Positions 10,774 through 23,115 of a DNA stretch of 64,000 nt are shown here, piece by piece. Numbering within the stretch: position 1 is the stretch's first letter; each line of letters begins with the position of its first letter. This DNA comes from Octopus sinensis (lineage: Eukaryota). Below the pieces are notes generated by a model. It searched no databases. It had not been told where the DNA came from and saw only the letters and a program-made list of their open reading frames with translations. The stretch covers positions 4,402,001 to 4,466,000 of the forward strand of contig NC_043026.1 of the NCBI RefSeq assembly GCF_006345805.1, given 5' to 3'. The position numbers were made by a program, and so were the translations under genes.

Positions 10774-12176
10774 GGCATAACTACAGATATATACCCCACT
10801 GACTTTGTTTCCTCATAACTTGCAGAAAAATGCATATTTTTTAAAGGAAACTTTCAACAAATAATCGCTTAGATCCTGTAGATTGAGATTTTGTAAGGAT
10901 TTGTTGGAAAAACATTTTCTGAAGGGTTGCGGAAAGGAGTTTCACGAAATTCACACAACCAGACATTTTCCCTCCTCATAAATTTCAGGAAAATGGGTAT
11001 TTTTGAATGAAATTTGGTAGAAATAACTTTCAAACGATGTAGATTACGATTAAAAAGAAATTTGTTGGCAAAATGTTTTGTAAGGGGTCAAGGGAAAAAG
11101 TGTGTGATTTAAGGGAGATTTGGCTGTTGTTTCTAGCACACCACCCTCCTAGTCTTCTTTTTTTCTCATTCAATGTTTTTGATGTTTTTCAATATTTTCC
11201 CTCAGAAACACATTTATGTTATAAAAAAATAAAAAGAATATTTTTAAAATCTCTGATTATTTTAGCCCCACTTCCTGGCCCCCGATTCTTCTCTTTATAT
11301 AATTGTAAAATATTGGAGAGCCTGAGAAGATTTTGCTGGGAATTATCCACAGGGATTTAAATAAGAGCTTTGTAAAAGAGGATTTCTTTTGAGAGCATCC
11401 TTTTCTCTTAGAAAATGCTTTCTTTTCTTACACACACGGCCTCGCTTGGTTGCGATTCGAACAAAAATCGAAATTACCATTTTGTCTTTTCTCTTAGCTT
11501 ATTATATCGCAGCAATGGACCAGGCGTGTGTTACTTTGGCATCATCATTCCATAAAATGTGTTTCTGGGGAGAGAAAATATTGAAAAGCATCAATAGATG
11601 TGAGATTGAGAAAGAAACGAGGAGGGAGGTGTTGGGATGTGCTAGAAATAACAGTCACACCTCCCTCAAATCAAACATTTTCCTCTCAAATTATTAACAA
11701 TTTTTGCTAAATTTTGGTAAGGACACCCACAAGATTTTCACCAAGAAAAAGAAACCCGAGTTTTTCTTTTTTCTTAGTGAAAATCGCAGGGTTTTCTTAC
11801 CAAAGTTTACCTTTTTAAGAGAAAATGTTTCTCTCACGTTTTTAAGGACCCCTAAAAACATTTTGCTTTGGATGTATTTTGAGGAATGGCTAAGTTTCGT
11901 TTTCTAGCATTTTACATGGTTCAACCTAAACAAGTGAATGTGAGAAAAACAAAATAGGGATTTTGGAAGAAGTTTCTATAAAACTAGTTTTAAACATCGT
12001 ATGGATTCAATGGGGGTCCATCTGAGGAAAATAGTAATTAAAGGGGTCCGTAGATAAAGAAATAGTCGGGAACCCATGATTTGAAAGGTATTTCTATAAA
12101 ATTTCATTAAAAACACCGATTTTCACGAAAGTTATGAGGAAACAAAGTCGATGGGGTGTATATCTGTAGTTATGCC
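10774..12176. mobile_element. Putative non-autonomous DNA element bounded by ~50-bp inverted repeats
   Basis: GGCATAACTACAGATATATACCCCACTGACTTTGTTTCCTCATAACTT at 10774 is the reverse complement of 12129-12176. No TSD seen. Confidence 0.55.
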
Positions 12177-12305
12177 ACAGGATGTATATATATATATATA
12201 TATTACAGTAATCTCTATTATTGTAAGCAGTTGTATGTATGATGCATGTCTTTATTTCTGTATGCAGTATCTATTCATATAGATGTATGACTATCAACTA
12301 TTAAC

Positions 12306-12670
12306 GGAGGTGCAATGGCCCAGTAGTTAGGGCAGCGGACTCGCAGTTATAGGATTGCTGTTTTGATTCCAAGCTGGGCGTTGTGAGTATTATTGAGCAA
12401 AAACACCTAAATCTCCATGAAGCGCTGGCAGGGGGTGGTGGCGAACCCTGCTGTATTCTTTCACCACCACTTTCTTCCTTCCTGTTTCTGTTCTACCTGT
12501 ATTTCAAAGGGCCAGCCTTGTCACACTCTGTGTCACGCTGAATCTCCCCGAGAACTACGTTAAGGGTACACATGTCTGTGGAGTACTCAGCCACTTGCAT
12601 GTCAATTCCATGGGCAGGCTGTTTCGTTGATCGGATCAACTGGAACTCTCGTCCTAACTGACAGAGTGCC
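12306..12670 (+). mobile_element. tRNA-derived SINE (family with GGGCCAGCCTTGTCACA ... CTCAGCCACTT central domain)
   Basis: Pol III A-box-like head GGAGGTGCAATGGCCCAGTAGTTAGGGCAGCGG. The central domain is shared with 22855-23115 and 43385-43645. Confidence 0.7.
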
Positions 12671-13008
12671 ACAAATATTAACCAAATATAAGCAAATTAA
12701 CCAAATACAAGCATTTCTATGAACTGCTAATTTAACGGTAAATTTGCAACTGCTGCGATAATTATCAACTGATAATTGAATGGTAAACATGTATTTTTAT
12801 ATACCTTGAACTTGCCACCTCATTATTTATTGTCAAGAGTTTCACCTCCAGCGATTCATTATGTCAGTCAATACACATACACTGACATACCATTCTGCTG
12901 TCATGGCCGTAAAGACAGAAGGTTGCCAATGGATAATGCCATTCACATTGGGATATAATTCGAATTAAAAGTAGAAGAATAAAAATGAAACAAAATTACA
13001 TGACATTC

Positions 13009-13535
13009 CGTTGAGGCAAGTGGAAATCAGAAATCAGAACCAAAATTGAAGTCGATCAACATCAATGGAAATTGCAGCTGTGATACCAGTGCAGGTGGCA
13101 CATAAAAACCACCACCTGATTGTGGCCGTTGCCAGCCTCGCCTGGCCACCGTGCAGGTGGCACGTAAGAAGCACCTTCCGATTCGTGGCCGTTGCCAGCC
13201 TCGCCTGGCCACCATGCCGGTGGCACATAAAAAGCACCATCAGAACATGGCCGTTGCCAGCGCTCCCCGACTGGCCTCCATGCCAGTGCCATGTAAAAAG
13301 AACCATCTGTCCGTGGCCGTTTGCCAGCCCCGTCTGGCACCTGTGCCGGTGGCATGTAAAAAGCACCCACTACACTCACGGAGTGGTTGGCGTTAGGAAG
13401 GGCATCCAGCCGTAGAAACATTGCCAGATCAGACTGGGCCTGACGCAGCCTTCTGGCCTCAGAGACCCCAGTTGAACCGTCCAACCCATGCCAGCATGGA
13501 AAGCGGATACTAAATGATGATGATGATGATGATGA
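13009..13535 (+). mobile_element. 5'-truncated RTE LINE 3'UTR (or SINE sharing it) with ~55-60-bp internal tandem repeats and (GAT)n tail
   Basis: Repeating GCCGGTGGCAC(G/A)TAAAAAGCACC...GTGGCCGTTGCCAGC units, GGCGTTAGGAAGGGCATCCAGCC and a (GAT)n tail. The 5' end matches the 3'UTR adjoining the RTE ORF stop at ~300-420. Confidence 0.8.
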
Positions 13536-13864
13536 ATAGAGATGTTATTCTTTCACTTTTGACATGAAATGCCAAACCATTGCCAATGTTATATTGTTTT
13601 AATGCAAATGAACCAAAAAAAAAAAAAGTTACATGTTGACACTCACAGGGTCTGATACTATTATCGTGTAAAATTTGATTTAATTTGGTTGAGCTGTCTG
13701 AGAATGCATTGGGAACAGACAGGCAAAGAATTTTATATAAATAGATTATATAATTGCCATTACTGCATTGATAAATAATAACACGTGCAAGTCACTTATG
13801 TTATCGTATAATAAACAAACAGAAATTCATCTTTTTCCTACTTCATTATTGCATGTTTTTCTCT

Positions 13865-14436
13865 GATGACACACAAGCATCTGTCTGACTCATACACTGT
13901 TCACTTCCCAGACATTTGTACATTACTGCATATGCTTTATACGCACTTTCTGACAAGGTGTGGTGCACCTGAGCACTGTATACAATAATTTCATTATTTT
14001 TTATGAGTGAAACAAAACAAGTACAATAAAGTATATACACATACATAATATACATATACATGTACACAATATATAACAACACACATACATAATATATGTT
14101 TATATAAAAGAAGGGAATGTTAAGTTGGCATTTAGAAGGAGACAGGGAAAGAGAGAAGAAAGTAAAAGAGAAGGACATATGAAGGATATAAAATAGGAAA
14201 GGGAGGGTTGTTATTATTATTGTCGGAGCACTGCATCCTTCAAAACTTCCATGCTTCCTGAGATTCGCCAACACTACACCTGATTTTCTCCCCTCCATAC
14301 ACACAAGCAAGCATGTATCTGACTCATACATTGTTCGCTTTCCAGACATTTGTACATTACTGCATATGCTTTATACGCACTTTTGACAAGTTGTGGTGCA
14401 CCCGAGCACTGTATACAATAATTTCATTATTATTAT
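13865..14436 (+). mobile_element. Two CR1/L2-type LINE 3'-end fragments (13865-14000, 14222-14436)
   Basis: Both match 23690-23895 (…TGTGGTGCACC.GAGCACTGTATACAATAATTTCATTATT tail), which is attached to a CR1-like C-terminal peptide. Confidence 0.7.
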
Positions 14437-14580
14437 TATCAATAATTGCCATTACTGGATTGATAAATACAATAACTCATAAAATTCATTTATTATTGTC
14501 ATGTAACAAACAAACAGAAGTTCATGCATAAAATTTATCTTTTTTCTAATTCAATTATTACATATTTTTTATTATAAAAA

Positions 14581-14976
14581 CTAGCAGTATCGCCCGGCGT
14601 TGCTCGGGTTTGTAAGGGAAATAACTATATAAGCATTTTTAGAGAGTTATAGCCAAAAAATAGGAAAAAAATGCATTAAAAATGGAAAAAAAATTAAGGT
14701 AAATTTCTTTTTAAATCGTTGACACATCGTAGATATTTTTAGAGAGTTACTTCCCTTATATAATAGCGAAAAAATGCATTAAAATGGAAAAATATGATGG
14801 TAAATTTTTTTAAATCGTAGACACATCGTAGATGCGCGCTAATACCCAGAAGGGCTCGATATGACTCACAACTATAAGATACCCGGTTTTGGTTACACTG
14901 CACCGCAAAATGTGGGAGTAGTTAGGAATCTAAATCGTAGGAGACAGACACACAACTTCACTCTTATATATAAAGA
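14581..14976 (-). mobile_element. Non-autonomous Helitron, ~396 bp
   Basis: On the minus strand it starts A|TCTTTATATATAAGAG and ends CCCGAGCAACGCCGGG (hairpin) CGATACTGCTAG|T. This gives a TC 5' end, a CTAG 3' end, a subterminal hairpin, an A|T target and no TSD. Confidence 0.9.
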
Positions 14977-16202
14977 TATATAAAGATATAACACATACTT
15001 TGTTATATACACATTCTTAAAAGAAAATGTTATTTTGAATACAACATTTATAAAGAATAAAATATTTCTTTGGTTTTTCTTAACCCTTTCTTTACTATAT
15101 TTCTGATCAAAATACACCCCTTATGTGTTTCAATTAATTTCTAACGTAATCATAAATTTAGTCTGGTTTCATTAAACAACAATAACTTTTTTATTTATTA
15201 ATATATTAACGTGAATTTTGGAAGATAATTTAATGAAATGTACTCAACCAATTCTATACTATAATTTTTGTCAGAAAGTGACTCTAATTGCAGGTAGATA
15301 CAGGTAAATTCAACAATATATAAAATTATTAAAATTTTGTTCAAACATCGCTATAGAAAATGGGTTGTTAGCTAATATTCAGTTGGGTATACGACAAAAT
15401 TTTACAATATAATTTGTTATTCTGGGTAACTTTCTGATACCCATAATAATATTTATGGCAAAATAGGCCTTAATTTCATTTAAGGTTGTGGGAAATAACA
15501 AACTATCATTTCTTTCGTTTTGTTTACGTTTAGCGTAATGATTTCAAATAGGCTCATTCGAAAAAGTAAGTAGAAATAGTTTAAGGCTTTACTCTTCTGG
15601 GAAAGTCTGTGGCTTGGTCCAGTTTCTTCAGAAAAATCACCGAAAGAAACATTTTTTAAATTTTCACTCCATTCAGGTACCAATTCGTTTTCTTTATCGC
15701 TGTCGGATTCACTGTTTTCACTTTAATAGCTGCAAACTTGCAAAGACAAAGGAGGAGAAGGGTGATAGCATCAGTGAAACAGTTCGCCCCCTTTGTGTGT
15801 GTGTGCGTTTGTGTGTGCTGTAAACCAGACTAAGAAAAGCATTTGACATACACACCAGAATGTGAGTTTTCTGTAAATTTTGCTTAATTGGAGTTTAAAT
15901 TTTAAAAACTGGACCTGGCATGACCCGATGCTTTCTACTCTTAAAAATGCTAGGTAAATTGTAATTGAAGAAATCCTATATTGTAGATTTCTATAAGACA
16001 CAAAGGGAGGCAGATAAAATCTGCCTTTTATAATAAGAGATACACACATACAGGAGGAGTAAATTATATATATAATAATACTTTGAACGTGGCTGCCCAG
16101 AAGCAGTAAAAGTAACTCAATGACGAGCATTACTGCTACTTTATTATATATACAAGATGCCAACTTGTTGAAAGCATGTTTTCTCTTCACCCTGGAAATC
16201 GG

Positions 16203-16341
16203 TAGCCACGATAAAACTCTGAGTTTCGGATGCTGAGATGGAAATTCACGCCGCCATCTCTTCAGTTATGGCCGCATAATTGAAGAGATGGCGGTGTGAA
16301 TTTCCACCTCGGCATCCGAAACTCAGATTTTATCTTGGCCA
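16203..16341. repeat. Near-perfect ~140-bp palindrome (stem ~67 bp, loop ~4 nt)
   Basis: GCCACGATAAAACTCTGAGTTTCGGATGCTGAGATGGAAATTCACGCCGCCATCTCTTCAGTTATG is mirrored by 16275-16341. Confidence 0.9.
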
Positions 16342-16434
16342 CTGAATAATTGTCATATATTACATTTACAGATAACTTCCTCTATTTACATAATATCGAG
16401 GTCTCTTTCTTTCTTTTATCTTACCATTTTTATC

Positions 16435-16610
16435 AATCGTCCGGGTTGCAGATCCGTGGAATAAGCTGCCGGACGAGATAGTGAAGATGCCGAAGACCGC
16501 TCGGTTCAAGGTCTCTCTCGAACAGAAATGGCCTGAACTCTTTGCATGAACACCACCCTGTACATAACTCCATGTCCCCCTACATGGCCTAGCTTTTTGA
16601 GCCAAATTAA
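16435..16610 (+). mobile_element. CR1/L2-type LINE C-terminal fragment
   Basis: Translates as RVADPWNKLPDEIVKMPKTARFKVSLEQKW, matching the RV...WN.LP..V......FK..L motif. Confidence 0.7.
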
Positions 16611-16637
16611 CTTAACTTATATATATATGGAAAGGAA

Positions 16638-16975
16638 ATGGAAATTGCAGCTCTGGTACCAGTGCCGGTGGTACGTAAGAGAACCATCTGAACGTGGCCG
16701 TTGCCAGTGCTGCCCCGACTGGCCTCTGTGCTGGTGGTACGTAAAAAGCACCATCCGATCGTGGTCGTTTGCCAGCCTTGCTTGGCCCCCATGCCGGTGG
16801 CACATAAAAAGCACCCACTACACTCACGGAGTGGTTGGCGTTAGGAAGGGCATCCAGCCATAGAAACATTGCCAGATCAGACTGGGCCTGGTGCAGCCTT
16901 CTGGCTTCCCAGACCCCAGTTGAACCGTCCACCCCATGGCATGGAAGCGGACGCTAAACGATGATGATGATGATG
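16638..16975 (+). mobile_element. RTE 3'UTR-type repeat copy; donor side of the tandem-duplication junction
   Basis: Same internal repeats and (GAT)n tail as 13009-13535. Confidence 0.8.
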
Positions 16976-17269
16976 AAGTTATCAAGAAACTATATATAAG
17001 GAAAATGCTAACATAATTATCAAAGGGCAGTACCTATTCTATTGGAGTAAACTCAGTAAAGTAGACAATTACTGTAGGGTACTAAGAAAAAATTTACTCA
17101 CAGAAATTACTGCCTAGGGTGACCACCTATGGTCCACAATGGAGCAAGTCTAAGTAGAGTAGTCTCTCCAATTGGTCAATTACAATTTGAACTGAGGTCA
17201 CAAGTTAAAACCATTAGAAAGGATTCGTTTGTAAAATAAAATAAGAAAAACGTTCAGGCAGGAGAAGTT

Positions 17270-18075
<806 letters not shown>

Positions 18076-18427
18076 CCGAGGGACTGAAGACGTAATCTGA
18101 AATAAATTTCTTAATTTCGTTAATGTTTTTACTCAGTAGAGTTAAGTGGGTCGTCATAAACTGGTGTGATAAATAGTGGGTCGCAACTCTAAAAGGTTTG
18201 GGAACCACTGTTCTAGTGTTAACCGTTTAGCATTAATCAAACCAGCCACAACTGGCCAACTACACCTCTTATTTTCAAACTAACCAGAGTTGGCCTCTTA
18301 CACCTACCCTACAATGTTATTCTAAAAATACTCAATCACATCGTCATCACTTGAAAGCTGTGAGTTAATGCAGGACAAATTGAAAATAACGTGAATAAAC
18401 ATCACATTGGACAGAATGAACTACATG

Positions 18428-19548
18428 GGCGCAGGAGTGGCTGTGTGGTAAGTAGCTTGCTCACCAACCACATGGTTCCGGGTTCAGTCCCACTGCGTGG
18501 AATCTTGGGCAAGTGTCTTCTACTATAGCCTCAGGCCGACCAATGCCTTGTGAGTGGATCTGGTAGATGGAAACTGAAAGAAGCCTGTCGTATATATGTA
18601 TATATATATATATGCATAAAACTTATATATAAAAAGGGGACAAGAACACAAGCCACACAAGGAGACGACACAAAAAAACAGACGGGTCATTCGAAGCCTC
18701 TAATCTTCAGTCAGGAACCGGATCATCTTAGCAATTTCGGCTGGTTAATCCTGATATCGCTCCGATCTGGCCAGCCCCAAGGAAAAACTAAGCTGCGAGC
18801 ATTAGATTTCTTGGAAAAAGGATCGAATGTATACGAAACAAGGACAGAAAACCGGACGACTCCACACGAATATAAATACAAGAAACAAAAAGTAAAAATA
18901 AAAATAAAAAACAAAAAACAAGAATAGTAATGACAGGACAGCGGGAGTCTTACGACTTCAGACAACTGAACTTATCTTGGCTGGCGTAGTGTGAAAAAAT
19001 GCCTTTGCGGCAGACGAAGATATAACGGTGTTGACATGGCAGCGGTCAAGGGCGGAAGACCAGTTGAACAGCGGTCACATGACACGAGGGAAGAGAGAGA
19101 AAGAAAGGATCAGAGCGATATCAGGATTAACCAGCCGAAATTGCTAAGATGATCCGGTTCCTGACTGAAGATTAGAAGCTTCGAATGACCTGTCTGTTTT
19201 TTTGTGTCGTCTCTTTGTGTGGTGTGTTCTTGTCCCCTTTTTATATATAAGTTTTATACATATATTATTGCAGCGTAACGTACCCCTTTCTCCTATATAT
19301 ATATATATAATATATATATATATGTATGTGTGTGTATATGTTTGTGTGTCTGTGTTTGTCCCCTAGCATTGCTTGACAACCGATGCTGGTGTGTTTACGT
19401 CCCAGTCATTAGCGGTTCGGCAAAAGAGACTGATAGAATAAGTACTGGGCTTACAAAGAATAAGTCCTGGGGTCGATATGCTCGACTAAAGGCAGTGCTC
19501 CAGCATGGCCACAGTCAAATGACTGAAACAAGTAAAAGAGTAAAGAGT
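18428..19548 (+). mobile_element. Octopus-type tRNA-derived SINE interrupted by a MITE
   Basis: Head GGCGCAGGAGTGGCTGTGTGGTAAG...GGTTCCGGGTTCAGTCCC (A/B-box-like) and tail GACTGAAACAAGTAAAAGAG. An uninterrupted paralog lies at 39607-40001. Confidence 0.85.
18611..19262. mobile_element. Foldback element/MITE with ~157-bp TIRs inserted in the SINE's (TA)n tract
   Basis: 18611-18767 is the reverse complement of 19108-19262. It is absent from the duplicated SINE at ~39775. Confidence 0.9.
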
Positions 19549-19599
19549 ATAGTAAAGGGTTAAGTCGTCACTTACAGGGAATGTTTTAGCACAAATATC

Positions 19600-20314
19600 A
19601 GTGGGAACACTTCAGCCCTGCCATGATCTCGTTTGTGAGAAGGTAATTTGCTATTTGGAGTGAATGACTTCTTGTATGGATATGTCTGTGATCAGATAAG
19701 CGAGAACTCATAGTGAATGATTTCCCCACAGATATCATTGTGATATGGTTTCTCTTCTGTGTGAAAACGTCTGTGAGTTTCTGATTTGTCATTTCGGGAG
19801 AATTATTTACCACAGACATCACAGGAATAGGGTGTCTCAATAAATTAGCTTACTATTAAAAGAGAAATATTTGTTACAGATGCCTAGACTGGCTTCCGTG
19901 CCAGTAGCACGTAAAATGCACCAATCCGATCGTGGCCGTTGCCAGCCTCCCCTGGCACCTGTGCCGGAGGCACGTAAAGAGCACCCACTACACTCACGGG
20001 TGGTTGGCGTTAGGAAGGTCATCCAGCTGTAGAAACACTGCCAGATCAGACTGGGCCTGGTGCAGCCTTCTGGCTTCCCAGATTCCCGGTCGAACCGTCC
20101 AACCCATGCTAGCATGGAGAACGGACGTTAAACGATGATGATGATATCAGAGTCACATGGCTTCTCCCCTGTATGGACACCTTCATGAGTTAAAGCACTG
20201 ATGAAAGAGAAGAGATGTTACAGGAATATGGTGTCTCTCTTGAATGAAAATGTTTGTGAGAAGTTAAGCACTACTTTGAGAGAAGGACTTACTACAAATG
20301 ATACGGTTTCTATC
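19600..20314 (-). pseudogene. Degenerate zinc-finger tail downstream of the ZNF-A stop, split by an RTE 3'UTR insertion (19881-20145)
   Basis: Finger-like TGTGATGTCTGTGGTAAAT and linker remnants on both sides of the insertion. Confidence 0.7.
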
Positions 20315-21430
20315 CTATATGAACATGTATACGAGTACACCACAGTGATAAGGCCTCTCGCCGGCATGAATACGTTTGTGACATTTTAAAACACTTTGGT
20401 CTGAGAATGATGTACCACAGATATCACAGTGATAGGGCTTCTCTGCTGTATGAACACGTATGTGCCTAGTGAAGCTACCTTTTTGAGAGAATGATTTACC
20501 ACAAGTGTCACAGTGAAATGGCTTCTCTCCTGTGTGAACACGTTGGTGTATAGTCAAGTTATTACTTTGAGAGAAATATTTACCACAGATGTCACAGTGA
20601 AATGGCTTCTCTCCTGTATGAACACGTATGTGAGACTCCAAGGCATTTTGCTGAGAGAATGATGTACTGCAGACATTACAGTGAAACGGCTTTTCTCCAG
20701 TATGAACACACTTATGTGAAGTCAAGCTACCTTTCTGAGGGAATGATATACCACAAATGTCACAGTCATATGGCTTATCTCCTATATGAATACGTTGGTG
20801 TTTGGTCAAGCTGTCTTTTCCCCGGAATGATTTATTAGAGATGTCACAGTGAAATGGCTTCTCTCCTGTAAGAAAACTCTTGTGAGAATCTAAAGAACTC
20901 CGCTGAGAGAATGATGTACCACAGACATCACAGTGAAATGGCTTCTCTCCTGTATGAATATGCTTGTGTATAGATAAACTACCATTTTGAGAGAATGATT
21001 TAGAACAGATGTCACAGTGATATGGCTTCTCTCCAGTATGAATGCGTTTGTGTTGAGTCAGTGAAACATTTATAGAGAATGATTTACCACAAGTGTCACA
21101 GTGAAATGGCTTCTCCCCTCTATGAACACGTATATGAGAATTTAAAGCATTGTGGTCAGAGAATGACCTACTACAGACATTACAGTGAAATGGTTTCTGT
21201 CCTGTATGAATACGTTTGTGTCTAGTCAAGTTACAACTCTGAGAGAATGATTTATCACAAATGTCACAGTGATAGGGCTTCTCTCCTCTATGAATATGTT
21301 TGTGCGTATTCAAGCTGCTCTTTTGAGAGAAAGACTTTTTACAGACATCACACTCATGTGACAATTTTTGTCTCTCTTTTTCTCTATTTTCTGGAAAAAT
21401 CAGTTTCTTTATTTTCTCACTCTTTTCCAT
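20315..21430 (-). CDS. C2H2 zinc-finger protein ZNF-A, copy 1 (371 aa, 12 fingers, fingers 6 and 7 broken)
   Basis: [12 protein letters not shown]... with TGEKP linkers. Finger 6 reads SHKSFLTG (His lost) and finger 7 reads CDISNK (Cys lost). Splice acceptor at 21789-21791. Confidence 0.9.
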   Translation of the reverse strand: MEKSEKIKKLIFPENREKERQKLSHECDVCKKSFSQKSSLNTHKHIHRGEKPYHCDICDKSFSQSCNLTRHKRIHTGQKPFHCNVCSRSFSDHNALNSHIRVHRGEKPFHCDTCGKSFSINVSLTQHKRIHTGEKPYHCDICSKSFSQNGSLSIHKHIHTGEKPFHCDVCGTSFSQRSSLDSHKSFLTGEKPFHCDISNKSFRGKDSLTKHQRIHIGDKPYDCDICGISFPQKGSLTSHKCVHTGEKPFHCNVCSTSFSQQNALESHIRVHTGEKPFHCDICGKYFSQSNNLTIHQRVHTGEKPFHCDTCGKSFSQKGSFTRHIRVHTAEKPYHCDICGTSFSDQSVLKCHKRIHAGERPYHCGVLVYMFI

Positions 21431-22230
21431 TATTTTACTTCAAAAATCACAGTATATAATCTTTTTACACCTTTTTGATTTTATAGTCTTTTGTTTCCAA
21501 ATACTTCGACTGCTCTATTTCTGTCCATTATCACCTTTGTCCAAAAGTTCTTTAGTAAATTTATCCAAGTTTAATTTGCACAAAGACTCATCTTGTAGAC
21601 ACTCCAGCCAGTGATGTCCAGAAGGTTTGCTAATAACACATTTCAGAGTAAATATATCAGAGGAATTCCACCATAGATTTATAGAAACATTCTTATATAT
21701 CTGTTCTGTACAATATTTCCATTTTGGTCTTTGAAAGATGATAAATAATGAGAATGTATCTTCAGTTATGCCAATGTCATCTGATATTCTGAAATAATAA
21801 AGAAACAACAGTGTAAGATAGAGAGGCTACTTAAAAAAATACAGATTCAACATTACTAAAGAGATAAACACAAGAAATAAACATTTAACTGAACAACAGA
21901 ACTTTCTAATTTATTAGAATTTACATGAGAAAATCTTCTGTGAAGCTAACAGATTTCTAAACTCCAGCTACACATTCAGACACACATATATATATATATA
22001 TACTTTTCCTTGTGTCAGTTGTTTTGGCTGTGGCCATACTGGAGCATAACCTTAGAGGGTTTTAGTTGATCAAATCAACCCTAGGACTTCATTTTTGAGC
22101 CTAGTACTTATATTGGCCTCTTTTGTGAAACCACTAAATTATGGGGACATAAACACACCAACACTGGTTATCAAGTGTTGGTGGGGCGTCAAACAGTCAC
22201 AAAGACACACACACATATATAACTCTGAAC

Positions 22231-22624
22231 TCTCTCTTTTAATTGTTTCAGTCATTTGACTGCGGCCATGCTGGAGCACCGCCTTTAGTCGAGCAAATCG
22301 ACCCCGGGACTTATTCTTTGTAAGCCAAGTACTTATTCTGTCGGTCTCTTTTGCCGAACCGCTAAGGGACGGGGACGTAAACACACCAGCATCAGTTGTC
22401 AAGCGATATTGGAGGGGCAAACACAGACACACAAACACACACATATATATATACATATATACGACAGGCTTCTTTCAGTTTCCGTCTACCAAATCCACTC
22501 ACAAGGCATTGGTCGGCCCGGGGCTATAGCAGAAGACACTTGCCCAAGATGCCACGCAGTGGGACTGAACCCGGAACCATGTGGTTGGTTAGCAAGCTAC
22601 TTACCACACAGCCACACCTGCGCC
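22231..22624 (-). mobile_element. Octopus-type tRNA-derived SINE, full length
   Basis: Reverse complement of the 39607-40001 and 27114-27556 type. Partial copies flank it (22010-22200, 22680-22790). Confidence 0.85.
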
Positions 22625-22854
22625 TATGTATAACACACATAAATAATCATTAATATATACTATATATATATATATTGGGCTTCTTTCAGTTTCTATCTAC
22701 CAAATCCAATCACAAGGATTTGGTCGGCTAATGTCTTGTATAAAATACTTGCCTAAGTAGGTTCGCAGGGGACTGAACCTGGAACCATATATATATATGC
22801 TTACACGTTAATATATATGTATGTGTATATATATACATGTGTGTGTATGTGAAG

Positions 22855-23115
22855 GTATTGGGGTTAGTGGTGTGAGCAATCAGCCCCTAATAAGGTCATA
22901 ATTCCAATTCCCAGCAGCGTGCTGTGTTGTTGAGCAAGACATGTTGCTCCGGGTTCACTCAGCTGACAAAACTGAATTGTACCAGTAATTTGAAGGGCCA
23001 GCCTTATCACATGGTCACATGCTTAATATGTGAGAGCTCCGTTATGGGTGAGCGTGTCTGTGGGGTGCTCAGCCACTTAAATGTTAATTTGAAGAGTAGG
23101 CTGTTGTGTTGATTG
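22855..23115 (+). mobile_element. Degenerate SINE of the 12306 family
   Basis: GGGCCAGCCTTATCACA...GTCTGTGGGGTGCTCAGCCACTTAAATGTTAATTT. Confidence 0.6.

Noticed and set aside
13027-13484. Multiple overlapping 60-140-aa ORFs in the GC-rich repeat (also at 16.6, 19.9, 37.7 and 40.3 kb)
   Set aside because: Stop-poor frames in a retroelement 3'UTR with tandem units; no protein motif.
18428-18500. tRNA gene calls at SINE heads (also at 12306, 27114 and 39607)
   Set aside because: A/B-box-like motifs only; no cloverleaf, and they continue into SINE bodies.
20602-21459. Antisense ORFs of the [16 protein letters not shown] type opposite the ZNF genes
   Set aside because: Shadow frames of the periodic finger coding sequence.
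21515-21808. 97-aa ORF upstream of ZNF-A as an independent gene or N-terminal domain
   Set aside because: The same frame stops early in ZNF-B, C and D and does not join the ZNF ORF. Kept only as part of the leader finding.
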